From the NCBI GenBank assembly GCA_010093705.1, contig MU006098.1:479981-543980 (forward strand): 64,000 nucleotides of DNA. Reading direction: 5' to 3'. Source of the stretch: Patellaria atrata CBS 101060. Its lineage: Eukaryota. A program made the translations under genes and the position numbers. Under the pieces are notes generated by a model, which saw nothing but the letters and a program-made list of their open reading frames with translations, did not search any database and was not told the origin of the DNA. Positions 23,061 to 37,480 of this stretch are shown one piece after another. Each line of letters starts with the position of its first letter. Position 1 is the stretch's first letter.

Positions 23061-25804
23061 TTTGAGGAGGGGGGATGTGTATGATGACTTTGCTTAGTCA
23101 ATGATGAGTGCAATTGGGGCGATGGAGGGGATGGGGAATAGGTGTTGGATGGTGAAAGCTATATAGCTATCTCCTCCATAGTTTTATATAAAAAAGAAAA
23201 GGATTGTTGTTGTGTGTAGCATATCAATCTATGCCAGTATTTGTAAAAGAGGAATTCGAGCCAATGAGAGACGGGCGATTATAGTGCTTCATTAGGATGT
23301 CAAAGCTTCCGTGCCAGAGGACTGGGATCTGGCCCTGCATTTCACGTGTGGGGTCATTAATATATAGATCACTACACGCTCAGGAACCTATGGTTTGCCT
23401 ACAATCGTGTATGGATTTAAGAGATCCTGGGATGTTTCCTTTGTTGTTGGTCCCTTATATAGTCGAGTCTCGGCATTTGTAGAATTTATGCCCAGAGCCC
23501 AGTGATAGCATCTACTATAATCTTGTCATCCAAAAAGATGCATGTCAACAAGATAAACGATTTTCCCATGTAGGTAGGCTTTGAGACTAGAGTTTTTCAT
23601 TTAAAGGTATATTACAGGTAGAGGGAGCAGCTAGAATTTGGTAGTGCCATTACCATACCTCCCCTTTTGGTGTGTACATACCTTGTTTGACCTACGAGAC
23701 TCCGATGCGCCAATTGATAAATTACACATGGAGAAAACTTTGCTAGTGTGCCATTACGTGTCAAACAAAGCCTACAAACACCAAGGGCATGCTGATAGCA
23801 ACAAAATGTGCCCATATCACCACTTGGATTAATCAATCGTAAGAGAGGGATAGATAGTTAAAGGCAAAAAGAGTGAGAGAGGAAAGAAAAAGAAAAGACG
23901 AGATCAAGGCTAGAGAGATCAGGGCATAAACGTAGACGATATTCAGTTCTACTTCCAGACCCGTATCTCAAATGAGATGCCGGATATACACCCTCAAATA
24001 GAGACAAATAAGTAACGAAGACTTACCTCCTCTAGGTCGCACTCCTTGATCCTATTTTTATAGGGCATTACCATCTATATTCACCGCATACATGATAAAT
24101 AGGAAATCAGCTATGCGTGCCTGGTAATAATACATACTACAATAGCATCGAGCGGCAGAAAAAAAGAGTATCATCTGAGACAGATGATGAGGAACGGTGT
24201 AAAAACCCATTAGACTCATGTCTAGATGCGGAACCGTAATGCTCAGTGGTACCAGCTATCTCCTCGAAGGCTTGTCCTTCGGTGCGTCTGCGATGAATAA
24301 ACAGAACGCGGTGCTAGAGCTGATGAATCTACAAGAACCTTCAGATGACATCTCTGAATGCTCGAATCAAGGTCTGACGCTCGGTGATGATGTTATCTAC
24401 TAATGACAGTTGTCTGTGAATATGATTGGCTAATCGCTCCTTAGTGGGAGTTCGAATGTCATGATTGACTTCCACAGGAGCTTTGGTGAGTTTGTCGCGA
24501 AGTGATTTTGGATATGGTCACTTCTGAGGGAACCTAAGCTCGCGACTATCCCACTTCACCCAATCCGACGCCAGTTACTATGATGAAACATAGTCAGACC
24601 GGATGCCAGGTTGGGCGGAAAGGGGATATCAAACTGAGTTTCCTCTTTCGGTTGACGGAGCCGTGACGTAATTTTGGTTCACTCTGAATAGATAGACGCC
24701 ATATGATTTTCAATGTTCCATTTTTGCATTTGGTGATTGACACCAGAAGTTAACCCCTACAAGAAGGTAAGTTGGCCACGAGAGGAAATTACGTACCACA
24801 TGCATTTATCAAACACCTAGAGTATCTATCCCAATATCTATCGCAATGTTCGGCAAATAAATGATGGAGACATATGCTGCCGCCCCATAGTTGCTACAGT
24901 AACAGGGTCAAGTGATCAATTTGAAGGCGCGGTCAGCAGTCGTGCGACGTTGTGCACGATCCTACGGAAAACCCGAACGATGTACATCGCGAGTACGACG
25001 GTAGGTAGATATTTATCTTCAATTACGGTATGAGACGGCCATAATTTAGGCTGCATCATTTGGCTGGCTGAAGGCTACAGGGAGAGGCGAGCAGATGGTG
25101 CACGGTTAATGATATAGCTGAGGTGGAACATCGTTTCTCTTCATTGGAAATCGTTCAGACAATGTAGCGAATAGCGATGCACTTTTATGGTTTACCCAGG
25201 TTGTAAGAGTTTGCTGAACTTTACGAGATTTTGGGGGTCTACTGAGTTTGAACGGAGTAAGCTGTTCAGATCCACGCTGTCATTGTCGATCCCCACTGGT
25301 AAGGTGAAAACGCATATTGTTACAAATTACTGAGAAGTCGTTGACAGCATAAAAGTGTGGGTAGGCAAATCGTGGCTGTCATCATCTTTGTACCATATGG
25401 GAGTGAGTGGTGCGAATGCCGGTCTTTCCCAAGGAAATCCACCGTTATTGTGATGAGATTGATGAGATTGACTGAAAACAGGAGACATGGACATAAAGTT
25501 CCGATCGCTGAGTCGAAGCATAGTTACCGTCCTGAGGGTCCGCAGCGCCGCATTAGAGTGAAACCCGAAAGATGTAACTTTTCCGTCGCCGAAAGTCCGC
25601 TGAAGAATCTGCTTGCTGAAAAGTGACTGATCCTAGAGGGGATGTTGAAAATTGAAGAAAGGTTGTAGTACATAAGGTGATGTGATGAGAGATCCCCAGA
25701 AACAACTGTCAGGGTAAGTTAAAAATCAGGGAGGCTGATGGAAGCGGCCAAGGTGAGCATGGGCTTAGAAGCGCTTGGAATCTGGTGAGGTCAGCAGAGA
25801 TCCA

Positions 25805-27017
25805 CTATCTGCGTGCATATCTGTCATCGGCACGAGAATCATAGGAGCGGCCCGCACCATAGGCGTCACCACCACGTTCGGCGCCGCCGTCACCACCTCC
25901 ATACTGAGCTGCTGGAGGAGCTCCCCTGCTATCCCGATCATGGTATCCTCCGCCGCGGCGCTCTTCGCGGTGGCCGCCGCCATAACGATCGTCTCGACCA
26001 CCGGAAGAAGCATAACGGTCGACACCACGGGGGTAATCATCGCGCTCTCGGCGGGAGGAGGAGTAGCTGCCGCTGCGATCATCATGATATCTATCGCGGT
26101 CACCATAGCGAGAACGATATCCGCCACCATAATCATCTCGACGGCCATAACCACCGCGACGGTCTTCAAAGCGATCGAAACGTCCGCCGCCACGTCCCCC
26201 ACCACGGCCGCCGAATTCTAGTATAGGTTAGCATTCAGTCATAAGTAGAAAGGAGCTATGATTCTATTCATACCGCGCTTGGGAGGTCCGTAGTACTTTC
26301 CAGGAGTGGGTGTACGAGGACGAGCACGACGAGCCTTCTCGATGCTCAAAGTCCTGCCTTCGTAAACTTCACCTTGTAAACCTTCCTTTGCGGCGTCGGC
26401 TTGTTCAGAGGTTACCATCTTCACGAAACCGAAACCACGGGATTCGCGAGTATGTGGATCGCGCATGATGTTGCACTTTTCAACCTCGCCATACTTCTCG
26501 AAAAGGCGCGTGACATCTTCCTCTGAGAGGCGGGGATGGATGCCGGTCACGAAGAGGTTGGAACCAGGGTTACGAGCGGCTTCCTCATCCTCTGCGGGAG
26601 GTTCAGCATGTGGACGGCTACGTATGGTTAGATCTTCGTATCGTGAAACGTCTTGCACTCCATACCGGTCTTCAAGGCGATTGTGGCCGTTTGGAGAAGC
26701 ACTGCGGTTTCTAGCTTCAGGGTCATGCGAGAGCTCAGCGCGAGGTGAGCGACTACGTTCGCGATCGTAACGCGGCTCATCTATCAGATTGAGATTAGGG
26801 ACTAGTTCCAATACGAGTTTGATGAAGCGGGTAAGCGAATATGCAAGCAAGTCTTTATATGAGGTTTAATTGTTCCCGGAGCATTTCGCTTCAGCGACTT
26901 GCTGCGCGGAACTCAAAGGTATGAAGTTTCGAACACAAAGTGCGTGAAGACAAAAAGAACTAAGTCCCTACCATCGTAGCCACCGCGAGGCTCTTGATCA
27001 AAATCCATGGCGGACAT
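25805..27017 (-). CDS. RRM RNA-binding protein with RS dipeptides and RGG/RD-rich tail (Tra2/SR-like), 4 exons
   Basis: ATG at 27017 (MSAMDFDQEPRGGYD). Intron 1 is 26971-26781. RNP2 LFVTGI, RNP1 RGFGFVKM, RPRTPTPGKY. Last exon 26217-25805 is RGG-rich and ends YARR*. Confidence 0.88.
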
Positions 27018-27691
27018 GTTGGTTGTTATGCTAGAGCAAGCTTTTGTGAAGCACCAGACGTGAGGAAAGGTGGCGAAATACGCGATCGCGACTCAGAAAG
27101 TCGAATGTAAAGAAGCAAAAGTCAAACGGGCATAGATAAAGGAACGGGTATACAACGGGCAAAGCGTGGGGAGTTTAGAAGGGTGAATGGAGGTTGTATG
27201 TAGATGAAAACGGCATATTGAGTTGACATTTACCCTTGAAGTCTGACCTCTTGGCATCATGCAAGGGTGTAGGAGCTGAAGCCCTTGCAACCACGAATAT
27301 AAACTCTCACCACTTGCATACCCGCGGAAACGCCTAAATCCCTCTCCTCCTATATACTGATTGATGCCGTGCTTACTTGAATATAAACATACCATATAGC
27401 TGACGATATGGACTCTTTGTACTAGAATGAGCTTGTATATGGTCAACCTGTCCGCATATTAAACAACCCAGAAAAACGGGAAAGCACTGAAAGGTACACT
27501 ACAATCTTCAATTGAGTGGAAGCTCGATACATATCAGCATCCAAGATGATAGTTGTATTCAAACAATCTAAGCGGATATAATGAATGCAGAGGTAACCAA
27601 GTTGACTCCGTTTTCCGCAATGTTGCCGCATCCATATCACTACATGGCTGTGTGCTCTTTCGGCCGTGTTACTCCTCCATAATTCCACGGC

Positions 27692-29045
<1,354 letters not shown>

Positions 29046-29785
29046 ATTCCAAAAGCTGCAGGTTCAAAAGGCAATAGTGATAGCTATATTAGACACAGAA
29101 GCCCAAGCTGGATGTTGTATACCGACGTTAGGACGTTCGCGCAGAAAGTTTATCGACCAGATTATTGCTAACATGAGCTGGGCCAGGAATCCCACCCAGG
29201 ATGGCAAAAGATCGCTTCCGCATCTTGCTGGAGACGCATGTGCTCACAACCCACGTCCCATTATGTCATGGCTCAAAGGTTTCTAACATCACGATAGACA
29301 CAGTTCAAGTATCCTATATGTTGTAACGATTTGATTCAGTTTCTTATTAGAAGTAAATGCATACTTCTACTGATTGACTCTACCTCACGTGCTCAAAGGC
29401 GATTCCTTCCGTCCAATAACCTGCAAATGCAACACACCGCTAGAAGAGAAAAGGGAATAGAAAGTAATAAGGGAGTAATAAAAGGCTTCGTCCGCCGAAA
29501 AAAAGAGGTCAAATTTGGTAAACAATGCTCGTTCGCTCAGATAGTACCGTCTGTCGTGATGTAATCCGGAGCAGGTATTTCGTATGTCGGATGTAGAAAA
29601 ATGTGCAATAGAAGAAAAGAAGTGCTCGCTGGTTATTGACAAGCCTAAGCAACCTATTTACAAAGAAGTACGGAGAAAGTGTAAACGCTATGCTAAGATG
29701 CAAGGAACAAAAGGAAACCCTGAGTTAGCGACCAGCAAGTCCCATCGGGACTTGAAAAGTGCTGAGTGCCTCAGCGGCGCTACTC

Positions 29786-32182
29786 TCATATGGAAAGTAT
29801 ATGGGCCTCTTGGGCTTGGTTGGTGATTGTGCGTTTGCCTCTATAAGCATTGAGCTCAAGACCTAATTCTCTCATACGCTCAGCGCCTTTGCCAGGGGCA
29901 GGGCGGCGGTCTTTCTTTTCTGCCGCCTTGCGGCAATACTTTTGGTAAAGCTTTTCCTTTCGTAATTGACGCTTCTTCTCAAGACCTTTGACAATGTCGA
30001 TTGCGCCGCGGCTGTGGACATCTCTAGGAGTATCCTCATTATCACTATCCTCAGCCTTAGTCACACGCGACATCATGGAAGCACGAGGTAGTGAAGTGGC
30101 ATAGGCAAGTTGCGGCCGCTCTGCGAGTACTTCACGGTGGTGGTCGTCTACAACTGTAAGACGAGGGGAGAGGCCAAACGAGGTGCGACGAGGAGGGGGG
30201 GATCTTAGGCGTGCTACCGGAGGAGAGCGCATTCTTCTTGGTGATTGACCGAATAGACGACGAGGGGGAGGTGAACGATGGGTGGTAAGACGTGCTCGGG
30301 GTGGCGGTGATACTAAACGTTTCGGTGAAGGAAGTGGGGATTTCTTTCGTGAAACAATGCCGCGTCGTCCACGATGATATGGTTCCTCGTGTGCGTCTGG
30401 TTGACCGTGCATGAAAAGATGCTGGTCGCTCTCGTCAGCCGACACATGATTTTCCTCGTTATCATCATCTTCCTCATCTTCCTCGCACAAGTCGGGATCT
30501 GACTGTGGGAAGGTCGGGTCAATGTCTTGAGGCGTAGGGATGTGCTTTGCTGCCCTCTTTCGCTCGATATTAGACATGTATGCGTCTTCAAGTGGACGAT
30601 CCTCGTCAAGCGTGCCGCACACAAAGTCAGTACTATCTGGTAGCTCAGGCGACCTTGGTCGAATGTTGAGTGGTCGTGCTCTACGGCGCATCCTTTTCTT
30701 TAGTGCACCGTGAGTTTTTAAGGACCCATCATCACTATGGACAGAGCTGGACGAATTGGACATAGTACGTTGCGTGTTGGGCCGAATGAAATCGCCAAGA
30801 TCGGTCGAGGTCGCTGCCGTTGAGTAGCCTGGCGCCCACCATCTGTCTTCTGAGCCTGCGTCACTTTCATCGTCTGAGCGGGCGAAACCCTCTTCATCAT
30901 CGGTATCAAACCCAGCGTCTGAAACATCTGAAACATCTGAAACGTCGTCAAAGGATTCTGTGGATTCCTCTTCATCGATCTCGAGCTTTTCCTCATCGAA
31001 GTTGTCATCTTCATTGTCTCCATTTTCATTTTCCCCATCATTGTCCTGGTCAATGTCCTCATCTAATGCTGCCTCTTCATCTTCCAAAGCTTCCTCTTCA
31101 ACCTCCTGACCAAGCTTCCTCAAACCGTTCTCAACAACAAGCGTATCATTGACAGTCAAGCGCTTCCTGTGACAAGTAGACTGCTGGGTCCATTCATCAA
31201 CTTCCTCATCTGAGTTTGCGAATTCATGAAACCTCGTAGCTTCCGTACGGCCGACGTCAGAATTCTGACTCCATTTACGCGTACGAGGTGCAAACGGCTT
31301 ACGGGCGGCCTTGGGGGATTCATTGCGAACGGTTGCATCTGAGTCGCGATGATGCCTTGGCGCAGCAGTGGCCGACGTTTGATTCCGACGTGTAGGTGGA
31401 GGGGGACTTGCCAGACGGCGCTTGTTTTCGGATTCGGACTTATTGTCTGAAACCTTTGTAGGGCAGGCGAACTTCAGCATGCATCTGCGCTTGAGCTGTG
31501 CGGACAGCTCTTCATTTGATGTGACCGCTGGCTTGGGCTTCGGTAATTCGACTTTTGGTGCATTAGGTTTTGCTGCAGTATTACCTCCACAGGCGAAACG
31601 AATACATCGTTTATGACCAATCTTTGCTTCCACTGCAGCTTCTACTGCAAGTTGAGTTTGGGCGAGGGAGGGTGATTTCTGGAGCGGGTCGACATTGTCA
31701 TGATCGTCGCGTCGTATTTGAGTGGCTTGGGCAAAAGGCTCCTTCTTGAACATTGGGGAGAAACCATGAAATTGGTTGGAAGGCAGAGGGGGACTAGGAG
31801 TGTTGGCACGGGTTCCAGGACTTGTCAAACCCCCGTCACTGGTGAGCTCAGCCGTAGAAGCGGTACTGGTATTACTCCAGGTTGATGCAGAGCGGGACGA
31901 TGCAAGTTGGGCGCGTTGTTTGCTATCGTCATGCGATTCACTTCTGGCAGTAAGACCCTGTGTAAGCAAAGATTGCTTACGCATAGCTGCAGAGGGGAGA
32001 GACCTCCGAAAATCGGTGGAGGACTTGGGTGTATTCAGCTGTTCGTCGGGTGGCTCGTCGGAGTCACCAACGACCTCGTCACCCATATTCAAAGAATCGT
32101 CCATTGTGGTCGGCTGGTTTTGCATCGGCCTGTTTTGTTGTGTGGCGTTCATGATATGATCGCGACGGTCGTGCGGATCCAT
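29786..32182 (-). CDS. Probably conserved fungal protein, largely disordered (acidic and SP/RS-rich), function unknown
   Basis: Intronless 798 aa ORF with conserved-looking islands TRFHEFA, DSTDFVCGTLDEDRPLE, PQDIDPTFP, GAIDIVKGLEKKR and GKGAERMRELGL. Confidence 0.85.
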   Translation of the reverse strand: MDPHDRRDHIMNATQQNRPMQNQPTTMDDSLNMGDEVVGDSDEPPDEQLNTPKSSTDFRRSLPSAAMRKQSLLTQGLTARSESHDDSKQRAQLASSRSASTWSNTSTASTAELTSDGGLTSPGTRANTPSPPLPSNQFHGFSPMFKKEPFAQATQIRRDDHDNVDPLQKSPSLAQTQLAVEAAVEAKIGHKRCIRFACGGNTAAKPNAPKVELPKPKPAVTSNEELSAQLKRRCMLKFACPTKVSDNKSESENKRRLASPPPPTRRNQTSATAAPRHHRDSDATVRNESPKAARKPFAPRTRKWSQNSDVGRTEATRFHEFANSDEEVDEWTQQSTCHRKRLTVNDTLVVENGLRKLGQEVEEEALEDEEAALDEDIDQDNDGENENGDNEDDNFDEEKLEIDEEESTESFDDVSDVSDVSDAGFDTDDEEGFARSDDESDAGSEDRWWAPGYSTAATSTDLGDFIRPNTQRTMSNSSSSVHSDDGSLKTHGALKKRMRRRARPLNIRPRSPELPDSTDFVCGTLDEDRPLEDAYMSNIERKRAAKHIPTPQDIDPTFPQSDPDLCEEDEEDDDNEENHVSADESDQHLFMHGQPDAHEEPYHRGRRGIVSRKKSPLPSPKRLVSPPPRARLTTHRSPPPRRLFGQSPRRMRSPPVARLRSPPPRRTSFGLSPRLTVVDDHHREVLAERPQLAYATSLPRASMMSRVTKAEDSDNEDTPRDVHSRGAIDIVKGLEKKRQLRKEKLYQKYCRKAAEKKDRRPAPGKGAERMRELGLELNAYRGKRTITNQAQEAHILSI

Positions 32183-35100
32183 TCCAGGCTTTTGTGTCAG
32201 GAATGAAGCAAGAGCGAGGGCTGCGGGAAACGGAAATGTAGGCGCCAGTCTCTAAAGTAGTATATTCGAGAGGACGGATTATAGTTTGAGGGAGTCTGGG
32301 CAATATGTGGAATTTGAGCCTGTCGATGTGCCTTTCGTCGAGCGCTTAGTTGATTACTAGCCGGTGCGTCGACGGAACGTCTGTGGGTTTAGTTTGAGGA
32401 GAGAAATCTCCTGAGCAATTCGATTATAAATTCGACATCATATTGAAACTTCTAGGTTTCAAGCAAACGTTGTTGCAAGAGTGAAGAAAATATGATGTTG
32501 CGCGAGATGTGAACGTCACCTCGGACGGGCAACGAATACAGCCAAGTTTTGCTGTGTATCCCGGGGCGCGCTTATTGGAGGATCAGCGATACGATGGCAA
32601 AATGCCGATCTTTACTTGCTTACCTACAGTAAGGTGTAGAAAGTACGGAGAGTTGGAATCTCTGAGCGGAGAGGATTATAACCTTTGTTGAAGGACAGGA
32701 GCGAGAGCCGAACGCACTCGCGCGGGTTGGGGGGTGTTGTGTGGTGTTGGAAGAAGTGTGAAAGGGACGAAGGGGTAGCGGGAATTTTGTAGTGCGGTAA
32801 GTCGGGAATTGCGACTTTAGGAGCGGTGTGCCGTAAGGTGTGCGCGTTGTGTGCGTAGTGGGCACCTGCTAACCTTAAGGCGGTTTGTACGGTGGTTTGT
32901 TTAGCGCGCAGAGGCCAAAGGGCAAGAATCAGGTTTATAAGAAGTAAGTACTTGGTACAGTACAATAAATAACATTCAGAGTCCAGTAGAAGTATGCGAA
33001 CAAAGTACCGTACAATATTTTTATTAAGCTGATAAAGCTGCAATTTGATTCTATTCAAATTTCTTAAAACTATTGCGATCTTCGAACCAGAAAGCGAATT
33101 CCCGAAATCTTGGTCCCAAGACGTCTTTATTTATTCTCCCCAGATTCACCCACACCCATTCACTTCCCTTTGACACCCAAAACTCCCAGAGCACCCAAAT
33201 CCCCGCGCTTTTTCATTTGCTTATCCAATATTCGACAGGTATGTTTCCAGCACCTGCCGCCTCAGCCAAGGATCCCACTGGTTCAAGCGGTTCAGGTGGG
33301 TTCAGGTGCGCACTCAGGGCTGTCAAATCTGCAAGCCCTCAATAACAAAGAGAGGATTGCATAAGCAGATCACGGTTTAACGATACAACGATGCAACTCT
33401 CTTCTTGCTTCGTTCCGTTTCCAGAGGGCGCGCTGACAGGATATGAGCCGTGACGGACGAGCTTCGTCCTTGTTCTGCGGAGACAATCTGACTTTACCAT
33501 CCATCCCACATATCCCATCAACTCGCTTTCGTAAAACTTTACGGGAAATGCGGCAACACCCTTCAACTCATTGCAACGGCTTTGTGGACCCTGTATTTTC
33601 TTTGGCATTTCTTGTTTTTTTTTCCTTTTTAGCTTTTCATAAAGGGAAGACTTCTTTCCAATCGCCACTCTTTCTCGCAATTCTCCACCTTCATTGGGAC
33701 ATGACTTGCATATAGGCGCGGAATTCTTGCATATTTGGGCAATAACAGCGTCCAAAACGATCCGAGGTCTGCATTCAAGCCCTATCTCTACCGTACAGTA
33801 CGGTACCCTTCTATCCGTATGCTGATAGTTTGCAAGTCGTCAGGTAACGAGAGTTACCCTGCCGGACGCTGCATCATTACCACTTTCTGTTTCGTTATTG
33901 CATCTCTACGCCTTGGCTCTAACGCTTGTCCATCCTCCGTTTCCTCGTCCATTTAGTGCATTTATTTGAGTATTTTTGAAATCTCGAGTGGCAGTACACT
34001 ACAAGCACACGTCCGAACTACTTCCCTTCCTTGCACATCCATTTGTACAATACATACATTCTCACGTACGAAGTTTCGTTCGTTCACCGCCTTCAAAGTA
34101 AACCATCGTGGATTGTCATCTGACTTGGAGACGGCGCTCTGGAGTGTTCTAATTCAAGCCGGCCTGTCGTAGACACCTTTGTTTTGTTGTCACTGTGAAT
34201 TGCTAGGAGATTTAGCGTCCTAAAACGGCTTTGTCTCTCACACGTTTCTCTCATTCCTTTCCCTCTCGGATTGGTTCATCTCTCTCGAAGCTTTCCAAGC
34301 TCATTCAACGAGCTTGGCCAATTTCCTAATCATTTCACATAAGATGCGCCCGAGCCGGCATCGTTACGAAAACCTCCGGTGCGGGGATGGTCGATTCGCA
34401 GCGTGCTTTTCTTGGAGGAACGTGTGAGCCGTACTTGTCGTAAGCTGCGTGCGTAGTAGTTGTTTGATACTGGTTGGATTCTTTGAGCAAGTCAAACACA
34501 GCTAAAAGAGTTTGGTAGTGACGATCCAAACCTTCGACCGTTGGCTATGCAAGAATAATAATATTTAATGCTTGAAAATAGATCAGAGGAATACTTTGAT
34601 ACTTCACGTTGTAGATTCATCACGGTTGGACGGCTTCTAAGGCTCGGCTCGTTCATCTACTCAGGGATCTTCAAATCTTATTCCGCCAATCACCCGCTAA
34701 ACGCATGGACAAGCTTATTTCGGCAACGGCTCTACATCCTGTACCCTATCGTCGTAACACCTACAACTGTCCACGTTATCATACAAACTCAGACTCACCC
34801 TCTGTCACAGTGTCACTTCTATCAGACGTTCAAGCCACCAAGCATCCTCGAATCCTAAGGCCGACGTCGAAGAATAGTCTCCTATCTCAGAACTAGGAAC
34901 AAAATCCTCAATAACGCCTCAATCGTCTGAACATAGTGGAGGAGTACCATTCGGACACAAATTACCTGCACGATTCAATCATCAATACGATATCCAGATT
35001 GCGGATTGATATCGCTTGAAATGTGTTCTTGATCATTGTGCTTCCAAGATTCCCCGTGGGGTTATACTTTCAACTCCAAAACTATGGGGAATGCTATACT

Positions 35101-37480
35101 GATATTGCCCGGCCAAGAGACCTGAGCCTCGCTCCAAGAAATCTTCAACTGCCAGCTAATCTCGATGTAGTGGGTCTCAACGATACAACCATCCAAATTA
35201 GCGAGACCAAGAGCTACAAAGTATGTCTTGCAGATAGCCTCAATTAAAGTCGACTCGCTCTGTTTCTATAACAGTCTCTGTTAAGCCTCTCGCAGATTTA
35301 CGCGCCGTCCCGGAATGGAATCTTACGACTTAGCACGCTGTCTTTCTATCCAACAAGAAGACGCCAATGCTTAGAGATATTTACTTGCAACAAAAATCGA
35401 CGCGTGCCCACCGGAGAATTTACAGCCGAGACGAAGATGCACGACCAGCTGGCACTCCATCTTGCGACTATCAACTTTCTACCTCGATCATCCATCCAAG
35501 AGATGAGAGTTCTCCTATAAGCTTTACGGGGCATATGTCGCTCTCGTCGATAAGCACTTTGCCGTTGTGTGCGATCCTTTGAGGCCAAGACGTCCTGTGC
35601 ATCTTGGCTACAGATATTTGTTTGATAGCCGTGTAACGCTGATGGGCGGGACGATCCTCCGCATGCCGGTGGCGACCAAAAGCGAGGTTTGATATATCGC
35701 CAGCAATCTCAGCTTGAACGATAGGAAGATTATGTTGCCGAAGCCATTTATTGCTGTGGGTTTATGTCAGTGGCAGGGTGTCAGCAGCGTGATTATTTGA
35801 ATTTTGGTTCAGTGTCCTGGTTTTGTCAGTCCTTCTGTCACCTGGAGCAACAGTCTGAAAGACAGTTGGTACTTGTAGTCTGTCCAAACTAGAATTACCG
35901 ATTTCATCGTTCTTTCCTTTGATATCTTTATCGCTGACTCCAGGCTCCGGGCTGAGGGAAACTCAGTCTGGGTCGATATCCTTCGCTTACCCTATCATAG
36001 CACTCCCTAGTAATTGTACGCTTGCCCCTCTGCAGAGATCCTACGACTCTCATGTAGATAGTGACCAACAGTAGTCATCAGGTTAGAAATTACAAATGCC
36101 CAAAAGGTACATCTCATCTCCTTATCGCAATTTGATTCTTCCTCGCTATACATTTCCCGTACTCTAGCCTGCGAGTACCTTAACCCACAGCACAACACCC
36201 TTTCTAAGCGTCCTACGAACGTGGTCATCGTCCAAGCCTAGTCACCCAATCAGAAACCCACAAGAACGACGATACATACAACAAACCCTATCTCAAAAAT
36301 GAGGGAAAATCACATAAAACGGTCCTGCACAGTGGGGTCTGTACAGCAACCGTACGTACAGTATCATAGGGCAGTCTGCGGCCAACATCAAGAAGAAAGG
36401 GGTAGGTAATGAGCCCATCTACGACGATATTTCTGTTGTGTCGGGATTTAGAATACAAATTGGAAATATCTACATCCATATCCCTATGTCTAGTTTGTCT
36501 GATACTGTTCATCGGTGTTGATGGCTCTGCTAGCTGGACTTTGGTCAATAGACCTCTTGCTTCAGTATATATACGCCATTGCTGAGACAACTTCCGAAAC
36601 GATCGAGCCAACGTATCAATAACCATGATACATAGATTTCATACCCATAGTCTCCCCATACATCGCAGCTGTGCCACCGTAGGCACCCTTTCCCCCCTCT
36701 CCCTAAGCAGTCGAGGAACAACCCTTCCCCACTTGGGTGCTAGGTCGTATATTCGCGTAGCGTATATAAACCTGTAATCGGAATCAGAACTATAAACGGA
36801 TAAAGGTTAAGACAAAGCTACCAGACCACCGTACCCGACGTCATCTCCTCTCAACTCCTGCTATGCCGGGAAGACTCTCACTGCGGCGTCCCTCGCCGGA
36901 AGAACGTGTCGGTTGTGCGTGCTGAGATGGACTGGGGAGGGTTTGGTGAAGGTGTGTGTATGAGAGGAGACAGGATAAGATGGTGGAGAAGAGAGAGGGT
37001 AAAGGTAGGAAAGAGAGACATTCTCGTATAGCACAGTACAGATACATTACTTGAAGAAGACTATATCAATACCACGCCGTCGACATCACCTAATCTCCTA
37101 GTCATCCTTTTACAAAAGGTCGAGATGACGAGATAGCGCAATCAAGCAACGATGGTGGAGCATTAGGTCATATGTACTGTACCGCACGGTCTGTAGCGAA
37201 CAGACAATCGATTGAAAACTTCATATAAATTGGATCCAGAATGATAAACGTAAGCCCCTATCCCAATCCAGATTCCCGTCCCAACATAATGCCCGAACGC
37301 CAGACCACACTTCCCCCTTGCCTCCCCCCCCCCTTAGTCCTCCTAATCCTTATAGTATCCTACGTCCGTCCATGCCTCTATGGTCCTTTGGCCCCGCTAC
37401 CCCATCCCTTAAGACCACCCCCATAAGAATTGCTTCAACCAAAAACTCCTCTTAAACCCCCTCCTCCACCTTTAGAGCGC

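Noticed and set aside
24180..24640. Several RTGATGA (box C) and CTGA (box D) motifs suggesting snoRNAs
   Set aside because: No terminal stems or recognisable rRNA guide, and the spacing is atypical.
25765..26226. Long overlapping ORFs in other frames and strands (146, 148 and 137 aa)
   Set aside because: Shadows of the RGG/RD-repeat last exon of the RRM gene.
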